Below, piece by piece: positions 46,415 through 51,673 of a stretch of 51,673 bases of DNA (position 1 is the first letter of the stretch; every line of letters begins with the position of its first letter). Source of the DNA: Chitinophagaceae bacterium (GTDB lineage: Bacteria > Bacteroidota > Bacteroidia > Chitinophagales > Chitinophagaceae); NCBI GenBank assembly GCA_040080515.1, contig JBEBIF010000001.1:1-51673 (forward strand), written 5' to 3'. The notes beneath the pieces are model-generated. The model ran no database searches. It was not told the DNA's origin and saw nothing but the letters and a program-made list of their open reading frames with translations. Both the position numbers and the translations under genes were made by a program.

Positions 46415-46624
46415 TTACTTTATGGATATTAATGATCTTGGATTAAACATCATAGCATGTTTAGGAATATTTGGTGGGTATCCATCTGGGAATTCTACCC
46501 AAAGCCATGGAAATTGTTCATAACCTTTAGGTGGATGTACTATATATCCTATGTATCCGACCCATACGGACCCATCCCATTTATGATGGGATATTACTTG
46601 TACTTTACTATTAAAATGGAGCAA
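46415..46624 (-). CDS. Small SH3-like hypothetical protein
   Basis: KVQV...GYIGYIV...WVEF...F-x-P-x-x-L pattern. Confidence 0.45.
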   Translation of the reverse strand: MLHFNSKVQVISHHKWDGSVWVGYIGYIVHPPKGYEQFPWLWVEFPDGYPPNIPKHAMMFNPRSLISIK

Positions 46625-46871
46625 TAGCGGCTCGGACGAAGCAATCCTTGGCTTCTAGCAGCTTACGCAATCCGGTAGTCAACTCAGCACTATCAGTTTC
46701 AATGAGTGAGAGTATATCACAAGCAAACTGAGCACAAGCTCCAGCTACATCCTGAAGATCAGGATTCTGGATATGCTCGAATGTGAAGAACTCCATAATA
46801 TTCACTATGGCAATGTTGCGACCATTAGTGATCTGCCTGTTAAACTCACGCTGGCTTTCTACGTTTGACAT
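46611..46871 (-). CDS. Helical-hairpin protein, Acb2/Tad1-like candidate
   Basis: FF-x-F-x-H...LQ...E-x-x-x-GLRKLLEAKDCFVRA. Confidence 0.55.
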   Translation of the reverse strand: MSNVESQREFNRQITNGRNIAIVNIMEFFTFEHIQNPDLQDVAGACAQFACDILSLIETDSAELTTGLRKLLEAKDCFVRAAIAPF

Positions 46872-47410
46872 TAGCTTCTCCTGAGTAGGTTCAGATAATC
46901 TGTACGCTTAGGTGTTCCGAAACAAACATAACTTAGCAGTTGTCGTTGAGCATCGTTGATGTGTTCCGATCCTTCAACGTACATCCCAATATGCTTAAGT
47001 TTTTCATCGGTCCATTGTGATCCTCCCCTGCCTTTCATTTGCTGTTGAGGAACTAATAGACACTTCTCATGCTGTTGATCCCATAGCTCGAATATGCCTA
47101 TGTATTCTACAGAATCTAGCACGATATTTAGACGTTCATGGCCTGACTCGTCTGTACGAATCTGATAATCAAATCGTTCATACACTAGTATGTCAGGGTT
47201 GAATTCATAGAGTAAGCTCCACAACTCATTGTGGTGCTTGCCTTTGAATTCACCTCTGGTTACAGACTTAGCAATATCCACATTGCTCTTGACTTTATCT
47301 AAGAACAATGTATGTGTGACCCAACCAGTTGTACCCCCTGGGTCAAAAGCAACTATCCTCACAGGTCTCCTAAGGAAATACGAACGAATAGACAAGGGTA
47401 TATACGCCAA
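46871..47410 (-). CDS. RuvC-like Holliday junction resolvase
   Basis: AFDPGGTTGW, VYERF, HINDA. Confidence 0.8.
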   Translation of the reverse strand: MAYIPLSIRSYFLRRPVRIVAFDPGGTTGWVTHTLFLDKVKSNVDIAKSVTRGEFKGKHHNELWSLLYEFNPDILVYERFDYQIRTDESGHERLNIVLDSVEYIGIFELWDQQHEKCLLVPQQQMKGRGGSQWTDEKLKHIGMYVEGSEHINDAQRQLLSYVCFGTPKRTDYLNLLRRS

Positions 47411-47471
47411 ATGTTCTTGCTTCTATCCTTATATATACCTATGACGCAATATCTGAGGCTAAATTCTAACA

Positions 47472-47795
47472 TCATTCAAACCCCAGACTATAAGCAAGAT
47501 CGAAATTTGCTACTTGAATTGCCTGATCAACGTAATACATTTGCTCTTCTGTAAGACGTTGATACTCATCTATGACCAATAGACCATCCTTACGACCTCT
47601 GATCTCGTTCATGCCCCATGGATGAACAGTAATGCCGTGCTCAGTTCTGAATTGCCTTATTATTTCTCTATCATTATTATGATTTACGCCACGCCATATA
47701 ATGGGTCCATCATACTCCTGTCGCCAGTGCACGACATAATCTATAAGCTTAGTAGTCTTACCAGTGCGTCTATATCCAGATATGGTATAAATCAT
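47472..47795 (-). CDS. Small P-loop NTPase-like protein
   Basis: GYRRTGKTT and LLVIDE in only 107 aa. Confidence 0.65.
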   Translation of the reverse strand: MIYTISGYRRTGKTTKLIDYVVHWRQEYDGPIIWRGVNHNNDREIIRQFRTEHGITVHPWGMNEIRGRKDGLLVIDEYQRLTEEQMYYVDQAIQVANFDLAYSLGFE

Positions 47796-48370
47796 ATGGG
47801 TATCTCCAGGTGATACATCTCAGCCATCGTGCGTAAAGCTTCAGCGTTTCCCATGGCATCGTCAAGAGCATTATGAGTATGTGGTGTCTTGATCAAGCTA
47901 TGCCAGTCATCTATAGGTTCGTACTTACCTTCTCCGGCATGATAATAGCCGAGATTCTTATCGTAGAATTTATAGACGCTGGATATACCCATCCACATAT
48001 CACCAATACGCTTAGCGGACCAACCAAATGGGTTGCTCCCTAGATACTCCCACATATAGTGATTGACAAATTGACCATCGAACAGTGGATTATCTGTTAC
48101 CATGATTGGACGCTTGTAACTCGTAGCGGTGAGGAACTCTGATATCTCCCTCATAACATCTGCTGGTGGCCTGCCATAAGACAGGAGATGTTCTCTGTTG
48201 AGTCCATTTGCCTTCATAGCTTCTGGATCCCAAGAGAGTTGTACTGGCTTCATCTCAGCATAGTATGTGGTAGTGAGCTTATGGGCTATCTTAACTATGC
48301 CTATGCTAAGCATAGAGAACCTACCAGGGTATGGTCCGTCAGCTTCTACATCAACTGAATACCAACTCAA
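47792..48370 (-). CDS. DEDDh 3'-5' exonuclease (RNase AS/DUF5051-like)
   Basis: DVEADGP, FD, HNALDDA. Confidence 0.85.
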   Translation of the reverse strand: MSWYSVDVEADGPYPGRFSMLSIGIVKIAHKLTTTYYAEMKPVQLSWDPEAMKANGLNREHLLSYGRPPADVMREISEFLTATSYKRPIMVTDNPLFDGQFVNHYMWEYLGSNPFGWSAKRIGDMWMGISSVYKFYDKNLGYYHAGEGKYEPIDDWHSLIKTPHTHNALDDAMGNAEALRTMAEMYHLEIPI

Positions 48371-48379
48371 TGCGTCATC

Positions 48380-48703
48380 TCAATCTATTATGTTAGCGTA
48401 GGGCATAAGCTCAGAAGGTGGCATAATAGGTGGGTGTACCCAATGGTATTTATCCAACTCTTGAGCATCTATAACTAGTATCTCGCAAGATTCCCCTTCC
48501 CACTTAGCACTACGTACAGCTAGCATTTTGTCGATGCCATTGTAACACACGGTTTCGTATCCATGCTCTACTCCCCATGGCATCAATGCTATGAGCCACT
48601 TATCCGTAATTACCTGTAGATTCGGTTGAGCACAGCTAGCTATTGTATAATCCATGGCTGACATATATAGAGCTTTCATAGTTTTAGCATATTCATATGC
48701 CAT
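48380..48703 (-). CDS. Hypothetical protein
   Basis: Tandem ORF. Confidence 0.5.
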   Translation of the reverse strand: MAYEYAKTMKALYMSAMDYTIASCAQPNLQVITDKWLIALMPWGVEHGYETVCYNGIDKMLAVRSAKWEGESCEILVIDAQELDKYHWVHPPIMPPSELMPYANIID

Positions 48704-48993
48704 AGTGGATTATCTTTAGTAAGTATATCAAGCTCCTTCCACTCTTGTTCCCTAAGTATGATATTACCTGATAGGCTACCGCAGTTACTATAAGGACCTA
48801 CCCACAATCGTGTGTGCACGTGACCTCCCTTTAACTCACCAACCATTCTAAAGTGGATCTTGTGCCCTGTATGATTACATTCGCTACAGCCTGTAGTTAC
48901 AGATAATCTGTTAACTGTATGAGTACATTTAGGGCAACGTTCTATACCTTCAGGAAGTGCTATCATGATTTGATTTCCTCCAATTGCCCCCAT
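48676..48993 (-). CDS. Zn-ribbon hypothetical protein (start probably MIALP near 48966)
   Basis: CPKC...CSECNHTG. Confidence 0.55.
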   Translation of the reverse strand: MGAIGGNQIMIALPEGIERCPKCTHTVNRLSVTTGCSECNHTGHKIHFRMVGELKGGHVHTRLWVGPYSNCGSLSGNIILREQEWKELDILTKDNPLWHMNMLKL

Positions 48994-51353
48994 GAATAAC
49001 CAAACTCTGCGCTAGCATCGAAGGGCGCGAAATCTGAATATACTTCAGTGGCTGTAGTGGTCATAATCTCTTGCATTACTTGAGCTACTTCCTCCTTCAA
49101 ATGTTCTGGACACTCAACCATAATAGAATCATGTACAATGTTACGGATACCAATATTATTATAACTATGGAAACGCCTACGAACACGCACCATAGATTCC
49201 AAACAAATGTCATTAGCTGTTGACTGAGGAATGAAAGCCAAGCCCTCTTTGCCGACATCTTTGAAGTTCTGTTTAGTGATGAGGGGGAATCGTCTGGTTC
49301 GTCCAAAGTGTGTGACAAGCATTTGCTCCTTTTGAGCACGTCTTACAATTTCCTCTCGCCACTCCATTACCTCTGGAATTAGTGAGAAGAATTCTTGCTG
49401 TTCACGAGCAGCTTGAGCTTCAGATATGCCGTATGCAAGAGCAATGGAATAAGGTTCCAGACCGTAGATACTACCGAATACATAAACCTTAGCACGGACC
49501 CTATCCTCTTTAGTCCAGTTGCCGACACCGTATAAGCGGTCAGAAACCTCTCCATGAATATCTCTTGTTGAGTCCATGAACACTCCCTGCAAATATCTAT
49601 CTTTCGCTTCACAGGCTATAACCCTCAATTCAACTTGCGAGTAATCGCATTGGACGAGAATGTTACCAGCAGTAGGAACATAGATTCTACGTATAATACT
49701 ACCTCTGGGGATATTCTGAATATTAGGATTGCGACTTGAAAGCCTACCAAACACGGTACCGTGTTGTAGATAAGTAGGATAAATGCGCCCGTTGATAGCT
49801 CTTTTACGGGCACCAATAATGTAAGTAGAGTGTAATTTATTAAGCTTACGATGATCAAGTAGAAGACGTATAAATGTTCTGGCATCGTCAGACAATCCAG
49901 TCAGAGCAACAGCACGCTTAAGCGTATCTGCCTTAGTGTCTATTATGGGTATTTGTAGCTTCTCGACTACGCGCTTAATCTTTGGAACTGAGTTAGGATT
50001 ATCCAGCCACCGTTCGAGACTGGCTCGAATGGTGATCAGCTCCGATTGCATTTCTATATCAGTCTTGTCAATATAATCATGATCAACAGCAATACCATCA
50101 AGCTCGATATAAATAAGTTCCTTCGCTTGCTCAATGAGTCTAGGATAGGTTCTAGTACCAATGACTTTATCTCGTAGATGTCGAATCCAGATCCTAATGG
50201 TGCATGTCGAGTCATACGCATTGTATTTATATAGTATATCTTTCGGGATGAGGCCGAAACGCCCATGTTTACCTCTGATATACCGCTTAGTGTCAGAGGC
50301 GTAATCTCCAACGCCAAGTAATTCTCCGGAGAGTCCTTTGAGATCGTGATATCCAGGTCTCTCATCAAGCACGTAGTTGGCGAGCATAGTATCATGGGAA
50401 AAGATTGGCTCGTCAAGGATTCCAAGGCGCACAAGGACTTGCACATCGAATTTAACATTATGATAAACCGTTTCGCATTCGGTTAATACTCGACGTAACA
50501 GATACTTTATCTCTGGATCATCCAGATAAGCACCGCCGATAACCATCACATTGTGTTCATTATATGCAATAGCAATGGAGAGCCAACTATCTGGATGCGT
50601 AAAGGAACTCTCCTTATCCGAGTCCGTTTCTATATCTACAGCTATAACGCCAGTACCCATATAAGGACTTAGTGTTGATAAGTGTAACTTACAATCCTCG
50701 ATGCTGAGCCACTTAGTGATCTGTTCCTGATCTAGAACATTCTCATCAGGGGGAGCATAAATATAGATATTGGGTTCTTCCCATGGTATAGGCTCACTAT
50801 TGATCTTACGCATATCCCGCATAAGACTAGGGAAATAATCAGCAGATCGTAGACAGGCAGCAGGATGAAAAGTAGCTACTACCTTTAGTTCCTTACCAGG
50901 GTTGCTAGGATGTGGTATATATTTGGCTGGCCCTTTGCGAGCTGCACTGATCGCTTCAGGCTTACCAGTAAATGAGTGATTGGCTGTCTTGCCTAGCAGC
51001 AATACAGTCTCAACATCCTCAGTGATATTGGCTAGTACACGTGGTCTGCAAGCTTTGATGATCTTTTGATCGGGCTTTTCAGGCTTAGACCCAGGCATGA
51101 AATTAGGGTGACAAGCTACGGCATTATCTAAGGTAGCGTTGCTAAGATCTACACCAGTCTTAGCAGCTATCCTAGTTAGTAGTTGTCCTGTAGGACCTAC
51201 AAATGGTTCACCTTTTTGAATCTCCTGTGCACCAGGCGCTTCACCAATTACTAGAAGACTCCCAGTTCCTTTAGTAATTGCTGGAACATAGGTATATCGG
51301 TTAGGATTATTCCATGCACAATTATCACAATCAGCCAGAGGATGTCTCTTCAT
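48963..51353 (-). CDS. polA: Family A DNA polymerase with N-terminal family-4 UDG-like domain and 3'-5' exonuclease (start MKRHP at 51353)
   Basis: CDNC, GEAPG-x-x-E, PFVG, TFHPA-x-x-LR; DIET, HNVKFD, YNAYD; GRLSSRNPNIQNIPR, DYSQVELR, R-x-x-AK-x-x-x-FG-x-x-YG, VHDS. Confidence 0.95.
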   Translation of the reverse strand: MKRHPLADCDNCAWNNPNRYTYVPAITKGTGSLLVIGEAPGAQEIQKGEPFVGPTGQLLTRIAAKTGVDLSNATLDNAVACHPNFMPGSKPEKPDQKIIKACRPRVLANITEDVETVLLLGKTANHSFTGKPEAISAARKGPAKYIPHPSNPGKELKVVATFHPAACLRSADYFPSLMRDMRKINSEPIPWEEPNIYIYAPPDENVLDQEQITKWLSIEDCKLHLSTLSPYMGTGVIAVDIETDSDKESSFTHPDSWLSIAIAYNEHNVMVIGGAYLDDPEIKYLLRRVLTECETVYHNVKFDVQVLVRLGILDEPIFSHDTMLANYVLDERPGYHDLKGLSGELLGVGDYASDTKRYIRGKHGRFGLIPKDILYKYNAYDSTCTIRIWIRHLRDKVIGTRTYPRLIEQAKELIYIELDGIAVDHDYIDKTDIEMQSELITIRASLERWLDNPNSVPKIKRVVEKLQIPIIDTKADTLKRAVALTGLSDDARTFIRLLLDHRKLNKLHSTYIIGARKRAINGRIYPTYLQHGTVFGRLSSRNPNIQNIPRGSIIRRIYVPTAGNILVQCDYSQVELRVIACEAKDRYLQGVFMDSTRDIHGEVSDRLYGVGNWTKEDRVRAKVYVFGSIYGLEPYSIALAYGISEAQAAREQQEFFSLIPEVMEWREEIVRRAQKEQMLVTHFGRTRRFPLITKQNFKDVGKEGLAFIPQSTANDICLESMVRVRRRFHSYNNIGIRNIVHDSIMVECPEHLKEEVAQVMQEIMTTTATEVYSDFAPFDASAEFGYSWGQLEEIKS

Positions 51354-51574
51354 CAGATTCCTTCTCAGTAAATTTGTAGAATACAATTCTACTATCACGT
51401 GGCTGTGGGATCACCCCGTACTCGAATTTCCTATGCTTATTTCTGTACACATACTGACGTGCTGCACATCTAAATGCTCTAAACCTTGCCTTAGATGTGA
51501 AAACCTCGTAATAAGTTCTGTTACTTAAGCATTTGGCAAAGTGGTACCTATGCTCTGTTGATGAGTTATCAGCC

Positions 51575-51673
51575 GCCCCTTTTATAATAGTTTTCATCAT
51601 GCAAAGCACGGTACACAGTTGATCGACTAATTTGATATTCAGCCATTAGCTTTTCGTAGGTCCATTTATCTGG
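51575..51673. repeat. Terminal direct repeat, right copy
   Basis: Exact match to 1-99. Confidence 0.95.

Noticed and set aside
1-51673. Integrase/repressor lysogeny module, introns, inteins
   Set aside because: No recombinase, homing endonuclease or intein motifs recognised

Overview
Apparently complete, circularly assembled ~51.6 kb genome of a lytic siphovirus-like phage. The first 99 bp recur at 51575-51673 and an HTH gene reads through the junction. Minus-strand arm (46415-51673 continuing into 1-19117): replication and recombination genes (UDG-fused family A DNA polymerase, RepB-type primase fusion, Sak4-like ATPase, Cas4/RecB-like nuclease, DUF669-like SSB, SNF2 helicase, RuvC-like resolvase, DEDDh exonuclease), many small ORFs and a tRNA-Ile(UAU). 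Plus-strand arm (19965-46289): terminase, Mu-like head genes, a 6 kb block of probable head-fibre genes, a siphoviral tail with a -1 frameshifted chaperone, an amidase endolysin and holin-like genes. The arms diverge from an ~850 bp non-coding region with four perfect DnaA boxes. Several TTGACA-17-TANNNT promoters, some leaderless, hint at an actinobacterial-type host (inference). The most striking feature is a ~1.25 kb non-coding locus (about 12040-13281, minus strand) with its own promoter, built as a tandem array of more than a dozen self-closing structured RNA modules. These include a circularly permuted tRNA mimic (YrlA/Y-RNA-like topology, no Ro gene in the genome) and a 6S-sized rod. 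A separate 40-nt mini-tRNA and the tRNA-Ile both end in N-CT-ATG directly on a start codon. All assignments are by-eye motif recognition and base-pairing by hand; no database search or folding program was run.
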